From Eledone cirrhosa (Eukaryota), in NCBI GenBank assembly GCA_964016885.1, contig OZ024742.1, positions 317,440,001 through 317,504,000 of the forward strand: DNA of 64,000 bases. Reading direction: 5' to 3'. Within the stretch, counting starts at the first letter, position 1. The number at the start of each line of letters is the position of its first letter. The notes under the pieces were generated by a model that ran no database searches, was not told the origin of the DNA, and saw only the letters and a program-made list of their open reading frames with translations. Of this stretch, positions 1 to 13,108 are shown in pieces. The translations under genes and the position numbers were made by a program.

Positions 1-125
1 TAAAACGTCTTTTGTCTTTATTTGTTGGTTTCATGAGGTCATTCATGATGCCTTGGATTAAATATTCAATAATAGAGTATGTTGTGAGCCAATAAGAAAA
101 TTCAATTAATTATGATTTACAACTA

Positions 126-300
126 GGCATTGCTGTGTGGTTAAGTAGTTCGCTTCGCGAGCGTGAGGTTTTGGGTTCAGTTTCATTGCATAGAACCTTG
201 GGTGGGTTACTTCTACTATAGTCTCGTAAATATTCAATACCATGTGAGTGAAATTTGGTTAACGAAAACTCTGCGAATGCCAGTGGTGCGTGTGTGTGGA
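126..300 (+). mobile_element. tRNA-derived SINE (CORE-like family), degenerate
   Basis: A-box-like TTGCTGTGTGG and B-box-like GGTTCAGTTTC, followed by a CORE-like CCTTGGGTGGG..CTTCTACTATAG body. Related pieces at 660-815, 6900-7185(-), 36880-37195 and 56215-56425(-). Confidence 0.6.
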
Positions 301-1559
301 CGTTTTTATATTTACTATTTATTGTCTCAGAAGCTAGAGGTTCAACAAAATGAGATTGGTAAAACAAGTGCTAGGCTTGAAAGTGCAAGCAATGTGGTTA
401 ATATAATCAACTAAATCATTTCAACGCAGTGTTCCAGAATGGTCGCAGGCTAGTGCCAGAAACCATTAACAATACAGTAATGAAAACCATAGCACTTTCT
501 TTATGATTATTTGTGATCATGAAATTCCGATGAGACAACTCTACAATTTAAATGAAATAAAATTATACATTATCATGAGAAAGTGAAATTTTATATAGAC
601 TTTTAACGACCAAATCCTTTTCAATGACATTAGGTTAATAGTAACTGTTTGGAAGTCCGTCTGGTGGACTATACTTGTAACACACTGTGTCACACTGAAT
701 GTCCCTGACGCTATGGGTTCCTGTGATTGTCGACTGCTCAGTTAATTTCATAAGCATGCTGTTCTGTTGATTGATGTCTGAAATGCTCATCGTCGAAACC
801 GATAGAGGTCCATTTTAATCCACTTAAGTGTGGTTTTTGTTAGGCTTTAGAATTGTCATTACTTTGACCAGTTTGCAAATTATAAGGATTTGTTAATTTT
901 GACGGAGTTGTATTTGCTGCTTAACCTCAAATGGCCCTTATTTGAGTGGTTCTATTATAATAGATATTTATCGTGTGCATTTCAGATATGATGATGGCCA
1001 GTTTGGCTTTCAGATATGGTTGACGTTTTAGAACACCGCCCAGTGTATCCTATTGTTAAGACATCCTGTGTACTTTGTAGATTTAGTATTTCTCGTAGAT
1101 TACATATTGGCATGATTTGTGTGAGAAATTGTTGCTTAATGCTAGGTCTTCCTTCATCAGGTAGACCATTGAAAAAGGGTGTTCCACCCATGATGTTCTC
1201 GTCTTCAGAAATGTTATACCCCAGCCTACATTATCTTATGTCGATTTTTAAAATCGTACAGTGTGGTTTGACAGCCCGCTATTTATAGTAGATCAATCAA
1301 CTACGTGGAAGCTGCAACAACTCTTTTAGCCCCAGTCATGTTAGATATTGTCCATGGAGTTTATCCGTTCAAGCTGTAAGTGTTCCATGGAGTTTATTCG
1401 TTCAAGCTGTGTTTAGATGTATGTTAGATGTCACACTACGAGACTTTAGATTTCTCAGGAGTGTTTTGTATGTCTCCGATGTGGGCAAAATACATGGTCA
1501 GTATGGAAGGTGCAAATGCGGAGTTGAGAATAGATATTATAATGGTTGTTGTACTTCTT

Positions 1560-1773
1560 ACTACTCCTACTCTTTCTGCTCCTTCTGTTGTTATATTTGC
1601 TACTCCTACTCTTTCTGCTCCTTCTATTGTTGTTATATTTGCTACTCCTACCCTTTCTGCTCCTTCTATTGTTGTTCTATTTGCGACTCCTACTCTTTCT
1701 GCTCCTTCTGTTGTTGTTATATTTGCTACTCCTACTCTTTCTGCTCCTACTATTGTTGTTATATTTGCTACTC
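1560..1773. repeat. 42-bp minisatellite, about 5 copies
   Basis: Unit GCTACTCCTACTCTTTCTGCTCCTTCTATTGTTGTTATATTT; the first unit is 39 bp. Confidence 0.9.
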
Positions 1774-2957
1774 TTGCTGCTTTCATTGTTAAATTTCCTG
1801 GAATGGTTTTAAGGCCGAGAGATTTCTACGTAAAGCCAGTTGTATTTAGGGGATAATATTGGGGGATAAAATGCTGTTTAAAAATTACATTTGTCGCTTT
1901 TGTGTTCAAAGAAACACGTGTTTCTACGTGCTGTGAGATGAATTTAAATCATTTAATGTGATTTCGAACTGTAAAATCCCCGGTTTCTTTTCTGGATTAT
2001 TATATTCAAACCTATAATATATCGACCATTTCTTAAGAAGGTGCAGCAAAATTATGAGCATTGGCTGCTCATTATAGAAAGTAAAACTGTTTCATAGACG
2101 TTCCTCCATTTGCTCCTCTGCGTGTTCGTTGTCTCGTGTCTACATTACTGACTCATGTTACACGATAATATTAAGAAAGTCTCTATATTTTCTCCAAAGA
2201 ATATTATCCGGCTTTAACTAGTCCCATTAATTCCTCCACCAGGTTTTCCTCAAAATTATAAAGTAGTTAAAGCGTTTTATCTTCAATGTGGTTTCCTTTA
2301 CTTTACTATCGATTCTTCACTTTCTCTCATGATTATTTTAAAGCGCAATATCTCATTTTTAAAAGACAGTTGGCTCTTTGAATATATTTCCATTTATTTA
2401 TTTATTCTTTTATTATTCAGTTGGAGCATTTCATATTACAATTTTTCTTTTGTTTTGTTTTTCATGTCTTTTGGTATTTTCATATTACTTATAGTCACCT
2501 TTATCACTTTCTTATCGTGGTTTCTTTCTTTCTTTTGTTTCTCGTTACACGCTATTTTATTTCTAACTTTGTCTTATATATTTTTTCATTTCGTCTTCGT
2601 ATATCTAATGATATCAAGACTTCTTTGATGAATTCGTTTCATTTTTTTTTTTTTTTTTTTTAAATGAAGTTTATTTTTCTTCGTAATTTGTTTTATTATC
2701 AGAGGGTTTAATGTCAGTTCCTTCATTTGTTACATAGACAGCTGCAATTATTTTAAATCGCATCTACGCAAAAGCTAACCAACTGATAAACATACCCCAC
2801 CCCAGGAACACCGCAAGCATCAACACTATACTGTCTTTATGTTGCCGTTACAATGCCTATACCATTCTGAATTCACCATTTATTAGTTTCACCAATATTT
2901 ATTAGTTTCATCACATTCTGTCAACTGCTCTACTCCGTACTTCAGCAGTTACGGTAA

Positions 2958-3150
2958 CAGACCTGTCAACTCTCCCCGTCCGACAGGGAGATCTCCCTCC
3001 CAGATTTGGTGGGTGAGAGATGTCTTCTCTTGTGAAAATGGGTATATCTTTCATTATGTAAAATCTTTCATTTTGCCTCATTTCTCCCCGTTTTCGGGGA
3101 CTGTTATTCTTGGTACTCCCCGTTTGGGTTTTTAGAGGTAGATAGGTCTG
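2958..3150. mobile_element. MITE family M (~185 bp, TIR CAGACCTGYCAAC), copy 1
   Basis: Starts CAGACCTGTCAAC and ends GATAGGTCTG. Flanks CGGTAA/CGGTAG match at 5 of 6 positions. Confidence 0.85.
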
Positions 3151-3844
3151 CGGTAGGCACCAACAAAAAAGCTCTCCTTTTTCATTCATTTACGACACTT
3201 AAAACAAAACGTTAAAAGGGATTAAAATTGTGTACCCAAGTCAATATTGTTACTCTCTCGGACATGAAGCTGTGCTGAATTACCCAAAGAAATATACTGA
3301 CCTATTATGCATTTCATTGCGGATCCAGTAGTCAAGATAAAGACAAGGTTTCGCTGAGTTATGAAATTACTAATTCATGTCCTATCTTATTACCGTCCTT
3401 TCCAAACATCAAATAACACAACGATTTCCAAATTGTGGTGGTGGTGCTGCTGCTGCTGGCCGTGATGATGATGGTGGTGGTGGTGGTGATGTGGTGGCGG
3501 TAGTGGTGTTAGAGTACTGGGTGTTTCTGTTTTCGTGTTTTGCCTCGGTTACGTTTTGTGGTTAGTAGTAGTAGTGACATGTGATTTATTATTTTGGTGT
3601 TGGTTTAGTGCCTGTGGTGCTGATAGAGTGAAGGTGGTGGCGGTGACGGGTAGTGGCGATGGGGTTAATAGAATATTAGGTGTTGTTATTGTTGGTGTTT
3701 TTATGTCTCGGTTAAGTTTTATAGCTATAACATAACATATAGTAAGCAAGTATAAATCTGACTTTCGCTTCCTCCTCACAATTTGACGTGAGTATTTTGA
3801 ATTTTTTCGGAGAGTCAGGAAAAGATAAACTTTGGAACGGACCA

Positions 3845-4385
3845 CAATAGTGTATTCTATTGTTGGCTTGGGCAATGCGGTCAGTGGAAATTCTACTCTA
3901 TGGATCTAAAGAGGATTAGTGGTGGGCAAGCGAAAGAGATTGTGTGGCGGACGAGACTGAAAGTACTGAAGACAGACAATTTTCCTTTTGGCCAATCCCT
4001 CATCAACCTTTACAAGTTTCACTTGGAAAGGAAGGTGAGGGTGGAGAGGGAAGTGCTGCCCCCCCCCCAGTACATTTGCGAAAAGGTGGGTGAATGTAGC
4101 AAGAATAGCCGTGTGAGTGGGCCTACTCTGATCATGCGCCTATAGGCTGGTAAATTTGAGGAGAGGGGAGCCGTTCCCGGGTGCCCTCGAAGATTCGGGT
4201 GATTCAGGATTGGTGGGATACCTGAGTCAACCTGGGTGATCCTCTCCCGATTGAAGAATTTCCATTATTGCAATTCTTTTGTTATTTGTTAATTTACTTT
4301 TAATCAATTTTATTGTAACCCCCTCTGTCCCTGTCTATTGTATTGTTCCATATATGTCGGCCCTTGTGGCCAATAAATGAAACAA
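3845..4385 (+). mobile_element. 3' end of an L1/Tx1-like non-LTR retrotransposon (decayed)
   Basis: ORF remnant KEIVWRTRLK..LYKFHLERKVRVEREVL, then a 3' UTR ending GGCCCTTGTGGCCAATAAA. A homologous copy lies at about 7330-7712. The clade call is inference. Confidence 0.5.
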
Positions 4386-4708
4386 TTATTATCATTAAGC
4401 ACCAGTAATGCACTGGATCGATTTAATCCCCCCCCCCTTCTTCAGATTGCTGGCCTTGTGCCTAAAGTAGAAACAACTATTATCATTATCATTGCATGTG
4501 TGGTTCTTTAAATAGCTTTAGCCCTAAAGACGGTCACGCGAAGTCTGCTTTAGCATGTCATCTCTGTATGATTTCGGTTCACTGGGTATAGAGACCCAGG
4601 TGTTAAGTCGAAATTAATTAACCTGTTTGTGGCTAACTAAGAATGAGCAGAGAAACCTCATACGAATAGATTTTCTGATAATGTCTAATTAATTATCGGG
4701 TTGTATTG

Positions 4709-4744
<36 letters not shown>

Positions 4745-5065
4745 GGTAGTAGTGGTAGTGGTGGTAGTAGTAGTAGTAGTAGTAGAACTAAGAGCAGCTG
4801 GTGGTGAAGTCATTAGTGTGCTTTATATAATGTTTATTACTGTCTTTAATAATGCATTTGTGTGACTATAACTTTTCTGAGTGGAAGATTTATACAACTC
4901 AAGAAGCAGTTAGTCATTCTAATATGACTACATATCATCAGAGTGTAGGTGGGTGTGGTTTAGTGATTAGACTATTCACCTAACGTCCCTAGGTTTATGA
5001 GTTCGATTCCCAGTGGTGCGTTGTGTTGTGTTATGGGAGACAAGAGTGGGTAGATGGTAAATAAT

Positions 5066-5255
5066 TGTTTCTACTTTTGGCACAAGGCCAGCAATTCACC
5101 AGTACAGTACTGGTACTTTATTTTATCGACTCCGTAAGGATGAAAGGCAAGGTTAACCTCGGCGGGACTTGAACTCAGAATGGCAAGGGCCGTAACTCTA
5201 TACGTCAAAGCATGGCGTCCGATCCTCTACCGATACTGCCAATCCACCGCCCTTA
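5066..5255 (-). mobile_element. tRNA-derived SINE family N (Nin/Deu-like central domain), full length
   Basis: Minus strand reads GGCGGTGGATTGGCAG..GAGTTCAAGTCC..GCCTTTCATCCTTACGGAGTCGATAAAATAAAGTACC..GTAGAAACA. 16-bp TSD GTAGATGGTAAATAAT at 5050 and 5256. Confidence 0.85.
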
Positions 5256-6116
5256 GTAGATGGTAAATAATGGTTTTCAATGTGACAGAAGTGGTGAATT
5301 GTAAACAATTGTAAAGAATAAACACAACCACAAGGATATGGTCCAAATGTGGAAGAGCCGAACTCCCATTGTCATCGGCTCCATCTCTCTCGCCCTCCCC
5401 ATCTTTCTGTATGGTGAGCAAATGGAGTCCCACATGCCAGCCTCCCCACAACCCCGGCGGACAGAATGGAGAAGGCGTTGTGTTATTGGGTTAGACACTT
5501 TATTTGACGTTGTTCAAGTTCACGACTACACTACTCCGTAAATATGTTGTTTGTGTTTTTATTTTTCGAGCCTCGCGAGTTGGAATGGCTCTTCCAGCGC
5601 GTCTCCCTTACCATGCTCCGGGGAAATGCCTTCTCCATTCTGTCCGCCGGGGCTGTGGGGAGGCCATCAATATGATACTTAACCATTTTTGTACCTGTTA
5701 GATAGGTTACCCTACAAAAATTGATACCTCTATAAATGTACTATACCACCCCGTGGTAAGTATTTACGTAAAGTGGACTTGGTCACTGAGTGTATCATAC
5801 ACGCTATCATTCGTAAACAAATTGTATACGTAAGATAAAAAGAAAATGAAAGGATTCTGCTGCCATATTCAAGGAAAGCATCCGAAGAATGGTTGAAAAC
5901 GTTACTTGTAGAGACGTTTGGGCTGCTTTGTTGGTAAACTGACCGCATTCCGAGAGAACCGATCCTTTTTTTTTCAATCACCAGCACTTAGCTGCTAAAT
6001 CTGCATCTAATTTTATAAATACACTCGCAAAATTTTGTTTTTAAAAAAGAAATGCAGAGAACAGCCGGTTGTCCGCTGGAAGGAATAACAAAAGTTCAAT
6101 TATCGAAGAAAACAAC

Positions 6117-6180
6117 AGCTACTACTACTACTACTACTAATACTACTACTATTACTACTACTACTACCACTACTACTACA

Positions 6181-6215
<35 letters not shown>

Positions 6216-6252
6216 CACTACTACTACTACTACTACCACTACTACTACTACC

Positions 6253-6296
<44 letters not shown>
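6117..6296. repeat. (TAC/CAC)n microsatellite
   Basis: Seen directly. Similar tracts at 4710-4785, 33720-33935 and 36140-36260. Confidence 0.95.
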
Positions 6297-6601
6297 AAAT
6301 CACATGAAGCGGCAACATACAGAAATGACTGCTACTATCTGACCCTTCCACCGCCAAAATCACCACAACCACAACAACAACAAAAATTAATAACAACTAA
6401 AGCAATAGCGTTTGCACAGCCGCTGTCACACCGACAACACCAACACCAACACTACAAGAACAAAGAGCGTTAATGTAATTAACATTGTCGACACTGTAAA
6501 CAACAACATGAACAACAACGACACCACCAACAAAAGCTGCAATAACATCAACACCAACGACAAAGACAATCAACAACATGGCAGTGACAAAAAACAATAA
6601 T

Positions 6602-6790
6602 GTTTCTACTTTTGGCACAAGGCCAGCAATTATCCCGATGCACTAATGGTACTTTATTTTATCGACCCCGGAAGGATGAAAGGCAAAATTAACCTCGGCA
6701 GGATTTGAACTCAGAACGTAAAGGCCCGTAACTCCATTCTGCAAAGCATGGCATCCGACCCTCTACAGTTACTGCCAATCCACTGCCCTT
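6602..6790 (-). mobile_element. SINE family N, full length
   Basis: Same consensus as 5066-5255. 15-bp TSD ACAAAAAACAATAAT at 6587 and 6791. Confidence 0.85.
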
Positions 6791-6899
6791 ACAAAAAACA
6801 ATAATACCAACACCAGTGCAAGGTACAACAATACTATAACGAAAGTTTTTCAGTTATTGCAAGTGAGCAACAAGAATTGCTCCCATTAATTTTAGAGGT

Positions 6900-7185
6900 A
6901 CTCAATCGGTTACGACGACGACTATTCCTGTTGATACGATAAACAGAATAGCTTGTAAGTGGTTGAGCATTCCACAAACACGCGTACCTTTATACCTTTA
7001 ATGTAGTTCTTAGGGAGATTCAACGTGACAAGGCCGGTCCTTCGAATTACAGGTACAACTCATTTTTGTTAGCTGAGGGGACTAGAACAACGTAAAATAA
7101 CGTGTCTTGCTCAAGGGCACAACGCACCGTCAAGAATCGAATTCACAACCTTACGAGTGAGAGCCGAATACCCTAACTATAAAAC
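6900..7185 (-). mobile_element. tRNA-derived CORE-type SINE
   Basis: Minus strand has a B-box-like ATTCGATTC and the CORE-like TGTGCCCTTGAGCAAGACAC. Confidence 0.65.
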
Positions 7186-7774
7186 ATCGCCAAGTCAAGG
7201 CAGTTTGCGGGCATTTCAGTCCTCTTTAAAAGCGAAACCCTGACCGTAAAACACTCCGAGGTTCCCTGTAAGAGAGACAGTTATATATTGTACCCTCCTA
7301 TCTCGGAAGACGGCTTCATTTCCTCTTCAGCCAAGGCCCCATTAACTTTTTCACGTCCTATTTGGAAAGGAAGATGATGGTGAAGAGGGAAGTGCTTCCC
7401 CACAGTAAATTTGTTAAATGGTGGACGAATGAAATGGGGATAGCGCGTATGAATGGGCCTACTCTGATAATGGGCCAGTAAGCTGGATAATATGGAGAGC
7501 AGAAAGGTACCCTCGTATGGGGCTCTTGAAGACTAGGTGGTTTAGTATTGGTGGGGTTCCTGAGTCATCTCTGGGTGGTACCCCCCTCTATTAGGGTATG
7601 TTATTGTTATATAATTTAATATTATATTTTTTACTCGATTTTTGTAAAAACCCACAGTCTCTGTTTTCTGCATTGTTACCTATATGTCGGCCCTTGTGGC
7701 CAATAAAGAAACCATTATTATTTGTATTATCGTTATTATTATTATTATTATCAATAGGATTAATATAATAATAA

Positions 7775-8145
7775 CTGTTTCTACTTTTGGGCACAAGGCC
7801 AGCAATTACCCAGTGCATTACTGATTCTTGATTTTATCGACCCCGTAAGGATGAAAGGCAAAGTTTATCTAGGCGAGATTAAACTTTGCCTTTCATCCTT
7901 ACAGGGTCGATAAAATAAAGTACCAGTAATGACTTGAGATAATTGCTGGCCTTGTGCCAAAAGTATTTATTATTAATGCTATTTGTAGGGGGTCGGACGC
8001 CATGATTTGTAGCATAAGTTACGCCCCTTTACGGTCTGAGTTCAAATCCCGCCGAGGTTAACTTTGCTTTCATCCTTATGAGGTCGATAAAATAAAGTAC
8101 CAGTAATGCAATGGGATAATTGCTGGCCTTGTGCCAAAAATAGAA
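7775..8145. mobile_element. Cluster of SINE N fragments: head-to-head pair 7775-7965 and a 5'-truncated copy 7988-8145
   Basis: Inverted GTAAGGATGAAAGGCAAAGTTT / AAACTTTGCCTTTCATCCTTAC around 7870. TSD ATTATTAATGCTATTTGTA at 7969 and 8146. Confidence 0.8.
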
Positions 8146-8674
8146 ATTATTAATGCTATTTGTATTAATTTTACAATGCTAACAACAACATATTGTTGGC
8201 CTTATGTCGCTTTATGATTATATAATTTATTATATTTGTGATTGATGGCGCTGCAACTTCATTAGTATTTTTTCTTGGTGTCATGATTGAATTGAACGTG
8301 TTACAATAAAAATATTATTAATGGCCAATGAACAAACACCCACGATATTTCTGTCAAAAGATGAAAACAATATTCTAAGGCCGATTTTTGTTTCGCATAC
8401 TTCTAACTAACATCCATTTCTTCATTGGAAAAATATCTTAAATGTTATAGCAATATGTGATAGTCAAATGAATCAATTTTAGTGTATCATATTATAGCCA
8501 TTTAATATATTCCAGAGAACAGAATAAAGACGACTTTAATTAGCTGTGACTCAAACTCCAGAAGGATATTGAACACGAGGCTCCTCTATTGCCATTAAAT
8601 CTTCAAAATAATGTTGATTATTCTACACAAATGTGGAGATTATTGAGATTGTAGAGACATGAGTGATAAATATT

Positions 8675-8705
<31 letters not shown>

Positions 8706-8962
8706 GTGTGTGCGTGCGTGCGTGCGTGTATAAAAAAGAAAATTTTCGCTCTACATGGCTGAATACAATAAATGTAATCTAAGTTTTTCGAATATTAATA
8801 ACATTCGATGCGTTTGCAGTTATGCAAACAAGCCATGTAGAGCGAAAATTTCATTTTTTATTTGAATTTGGATATGTATATCCACACACATCTCTCACTA
8901 TATAGAGGTTTTTTTATTTCCTAGCCGGCGACTTGTTTTCAGTATTATTATTATTATTTATA

Positions 8963-9325
8963 GGGCAGTGGAAAAGCAGTATCAATAAAACATCGGACAC
9001 CATACTTCGTGGCATAGAGTTACGACCATTTGCGTTCTGGGTTCAAATCCCGCCGAGGTTAGCTTTACCTTACCTTACCTCCTTACGGGGTCAATAAAAT
9101 TAAGCACCAGTAACGGACTGGGGTCGATTTAAACGACTTTCCTCTCCTCCCAAAATTGCTGGCCTTGTGCCTAAGTCAGAAACCATTACTATTATTATGG
9201 ATTGGCAGTATCGGTAGAGAATCGGTCGCCATGCTTTGCAGCATAGTCACGTCCCTTTTCGGTCTTATCTCAAATCCCGCCGAGGTTAACTTTGCCTTTC
9301 ATCTTTACGGTGTCAATAACATAAA
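8963..9325 (+). mobile_element. Two tandem SINE N copies
   Basis: Two heads, each with TCAAATCCCGCCGAGGTTA and the central domain. Confidence 0.8.
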
Positions 9326-9488
9326 TCAACAATAATGTACTAAGATAATTGGTGTATATATGTGTATGTATATATATGTATGTATATTATTTTGTATATG
9401 TATATATATGTATGTATATGTATGGATATGTATGTATATATATGTATATATATATATATATGTGCGTGTATATATATGTATGTATATA

Positions 9489-9520
<32 letters not shown>

Positions 9521-10565
9521 CTGGGTCATCAAGTATAAGATTTGTAGAAATTTGTAGAAAAATAAATTTCTACAAATTTCATACTTGACGACCCAATATA
9601 TAGGGAGAGATATTCATCCAGCAACTTTTGCTTTTGGTGTTTTAATTTGTATTTCCACAAAGGTATTTTTCAAAAATATTTTTATTCCATTTTATATTTT
9701 TCTCTTAATCGTATACTGACATTTTCAGAAATTAGAAGTGTTTTGTTAAACTTTTAGCATTCCATAATTTTCTGTTGTATTATCTTCCTTTGTATTATTT
9801 GCATTTGTTGTTATTCTTTAATCTTTATAAATTTTACTTGTAAAACGTCCTTAAATGTTATTTTGGGAATTGCTTCCTACTTTGGATCATTAGGTGTGGT
9901 ACAGACATTGTGCCCTTAGCGTATTAGGGTTTTTGAAAAAATAACTGTATAAAATAAATTAAAAAAATTATAAAATATATATTGAAAAAATAAAACATCA
10001 TACAAGCACCCAGAGAAATGGTAAAAGCTAGAAAAAAAACACACCAAAGTATTTCTACAAAATGTCTGTATTCAAATACGAATAGCAATGCGAAGTAATA
10101 AAATATATGTTTATAAAAGCAAAAACAATGGAGCATAAAAAACAAAATGTCAGAACCTAATAGATTGGAGATCTGATCAATTGCCTATAACTAAATAAAA
10201 AGCAAATGAAATACGAAACCCAAACCAGCCAATGAAATATACAACCACCGGCAACGCCTTGATGTACAAAACGAAGCACTCAAGAATATCAAATTACGAC
10301 TAATAGATTTAATAATATGAACAAACCAAAAGCGCTGCGTTGCTAAAATGGTAGACCAAGTAACGTCCGATATCACCCGACGATCGGTATTGCAAGAACG
10401 GAAGTCAATCTAAATCAGTTACATCCATAAACACAGGCACGCACACAGACACACAGTCTCACGTACACGTACACACACACACACACACACACACGCACAT
10501 ATATATGTATATGTATATATATATATGAATTATAAGAATCAAAGAACTGTTCAAAACATTTTTAT

Positions 10566-10610
10566 GCTTACAACTGTTTCCTCCAAACGGAGGTTTGGAT
10601 TCTTCGGAGC
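10566..10610 (-). ncRNA. Minimal type-I hammerhead ribozyme motif (U4C core variant)
   Basis: GCU-CCGAAGA-A-UCCAAAC CUCC GUUUGGA-G-GAAA-CAGUUG-UA^AGC. Confidence 0.7.
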
Positions 10611-12039
10611 AATTTTTTATTGAATGAACACTTATATGACCTCCTTTTCACCCAAGAGACATACAGATACATATGCAAATATTGTGGGTCAACATTCATT
10701 ATAGCATTTAGTGTGGCAGTACACATTTAGAGATTACATTCATATTAAAAGATACAATCAAAAATACAGGTTCAAATACAACATGAAATTAAGCGGTTAT
10801 AGAGTGCAAAGGTTATATGTGTGGCAAGCACGTGCGTCTTGTTTATATAGTGTGGCAGAGAGTTACGTGTAATAGAAGCACTTAAGCAGGTAATCGAGAG
10901 TGTTAAGGGGGTTGATCTGGTGATGAATTCTTTATATGATTGTTATAGCCTGTGTGTGGAGAAATAATATAAGTATTAAAAATAGTGTAAGCATTAAAAA
11001 TATTGGAAATGCGTATCGAAGCGATGATATGGATTTCATGCACTGCGACATTTTCATATTCCGGGGAGCGTATTTTTCAGATTATATGCCCCTCACATAA
11101 TCCACGACGATTCGATATTGGGCGTTTGACAATACAGTTAGAGAATCGTAGTCTGATGTTCTTTAGCTCAATACAGGAGGATGTTACGTTGCGAGAATCG
11201 ACATCGAAATATTACCCGGAAGTGTGTGTGTGGCTAAGGGGAGTTAATGCATGAGGGGAGGTAACTCAGTGGTTTCTATTACTAACTATTAAATTGTGTC
11301 TCAAAATAGTCCCTAACTTATATGGTTATGCGCAGTTTCTAAAAAATTTCTAAAAATTTAAAGTGTTTTAACTATAGAGTAGTCTATTAAGTTGTGTTGA
11401 AGGTGTTCTTATTATGGTGATTAACCTCCATCGTAGAGTGCCACAAATGAATATTATACACGACGAGCGAGAATTCTAAATTAATGATCTCTGTGATTGC
11501 AGTCTACTCAAAGAACCAGGCAAGGTGATTGCAGAATCACTTCAACACACAATGATCCCTGGTAAGTTCCGGGTCAGTGCTTGCTATATTGGATGTCGAA
11601 AGATAATCATCACCAGGGCCGACCAGAGGTAAATCCACACTCCTCATGACTCCAATCTGACCATCAAATCATACATATATGTACAACCCATACGCCACTT
11701 GCAATACATTCACTGCACTCAGCATACCGGTCGTACAGCTCATCAGCGTTACTAGATTAATTAGTTTTTCATTTGTCCAACGATGGCACTTCCTCCGCAT
11801 AGCACCAACGATACAATCAATCCAATGCTTAAATTAACTATAACGTGGTGTAGTGCAGTTCAAGCAAGTGGATGTTGTCACACCTAAAGTAGAAGTACAA
11901 AGGGGTATTCCTACTGTGAAGGGTTCTAGAGGATGTCGCGATTTGTGTTATATTAGATCAATGAGTGTTGGGGGTGTGGTATAAGGTGTGCCCCTGGTGT
12001 TTGATGCTAGAGGTGGTGTTTGGTTCAAGTCCGACATTG

Positions 12040-12909
12040 CTATATATTGGGCTTAAAGTTTTGGAAGGAATGTCTGAAGCGGTGCTGGCAAGTTGCAAAC
12101 ACTTCAGATTTGTTGTTAAGTAGGTTACGGTTAGAGAAGATAATAGTGTGGGTCTCTAGTATACAGAGGTTACAAAAGTTATTAGGTGGTTTGTACGAAG
12201 TCGCGCTACCTATCACTTCCCATTTGAGTGTGTAAGGTTTATTTTTAGTTTTTAGATAGTGTATATAGCTAGATAGTGAGGGGGAGTTCGCTAGACTATG
12301 CTTTTTGAACGAGTGGATGTGCGAATTATATCTGATTTTGAAGCAGTTAGAAGTGGAGCCTACATAGGTTTCTGAAGAGTTGCTAGTTGTGACGGTGCAT
12401 GAGTATATAATATCCTTAGTTAGGCATTTTTTATCTAAAGGGCATGTTCTATTAGCTCTACAGTTACAATTATCCTGGGTGTTAGTCTGCTGGTTATAAT
12501 GCAGTGCAGAAGTTCGGGTGGTAGCTATAGGATTTTGGACATTCGGGTTGTCGACCCCGGTGTTATTTCTTATACTAGTGTTATTTCTATTATTACTGCC
12601 GTTATTAGGGTTGCTTGCTACAGAGGTATTTAGAAGGTTTACCTCCTGTTGTGATTTCGTTTGTTGGAAGTAAGAATTAATTTTACTTTTATTGCTGCTA
12701 GCTATGTGGTATGCTAAGTTAGGCGTCGTAGAGTATGAGATTTTAATAGTGTTTTTGTTTAAAAGGTTATGGTATTTGTGTCCTAAAGGGAAGTTTTTAT
12801 CTAGTAGTGAGAAGAAAGCCCTAGGTATGTTGGTGGAGACATTTAGGTTGAAAGGAGGGTTGAAAAATGTATTATTTCTTCTTCTATTTTTGTTTTTAGT
12901 GTCTGGTGT
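12040..12909 (-). pseudogene. Penelope-like ORF C-terminus (RT thumb/linker plus GIY-YIG endonuclease); 290 codons including the terminal TAG, no internal stop, absent from the ORF track
   Basis: Manual translation: RRRNNTFFNPPFNLNVSTNIPRAFFSLLDKNFP..IKISYSTTPNL..CNCRANRTCPLDKKCLTKDIIYSC..ETYVGSTSNCFKIRYNSHIHSF..CNLCILE..LLNNKSEVFATCQHR..TAG. Confidence 0.9.
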
Positions 12910-13062
12910 GTTGATTGTATCTTTTAATATGAATTTAATCTCTAAATGTGTACTGCCAAACTAAATGCTATAATGAATGTTGACCCACAATATTTGCATA
13001 TGTATCTGTCTGTCTCTTGGGTGAAAAGGAGGTCATATAAGTGTTCATTCAATAAAAAAATT

Positions 13063-13108
13063 GCTCCGAAGAACCCCAAACCTCCGCTTGGACGAAACAA
13101 TTGTAAGC
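13063..13108 (+). ncRNA. Minimal type-I hammerhead ribozyme motif (U4C core variant), inverted pLTR copy
   Basis: GCU-CCGAAGA-stem II-GAAA-CAAUUG(palindrome)-UA^AGC. Confidence 0.7.

Noticed and set aside
1409-1856. Repetitive Cys/Tyr- or ATPTLSAP-rich ORFs
   Set aside because: They arise from a 42-bp minisatellite that is open in several frames. There is no splice or homology support.
5340-5665. GC-rich segment with an internal inversion, related to 52225-52375
   Set aside because: It is clearly a dispersed repeat fragment, but I cannot assign a family or function, so it is not called as a gene.
8731-8861. 30-bp inverted arms around a hairpin plus GAAA
   Set aside because: Probably another fold-back island, but no hammerhead 5' core could be identified.
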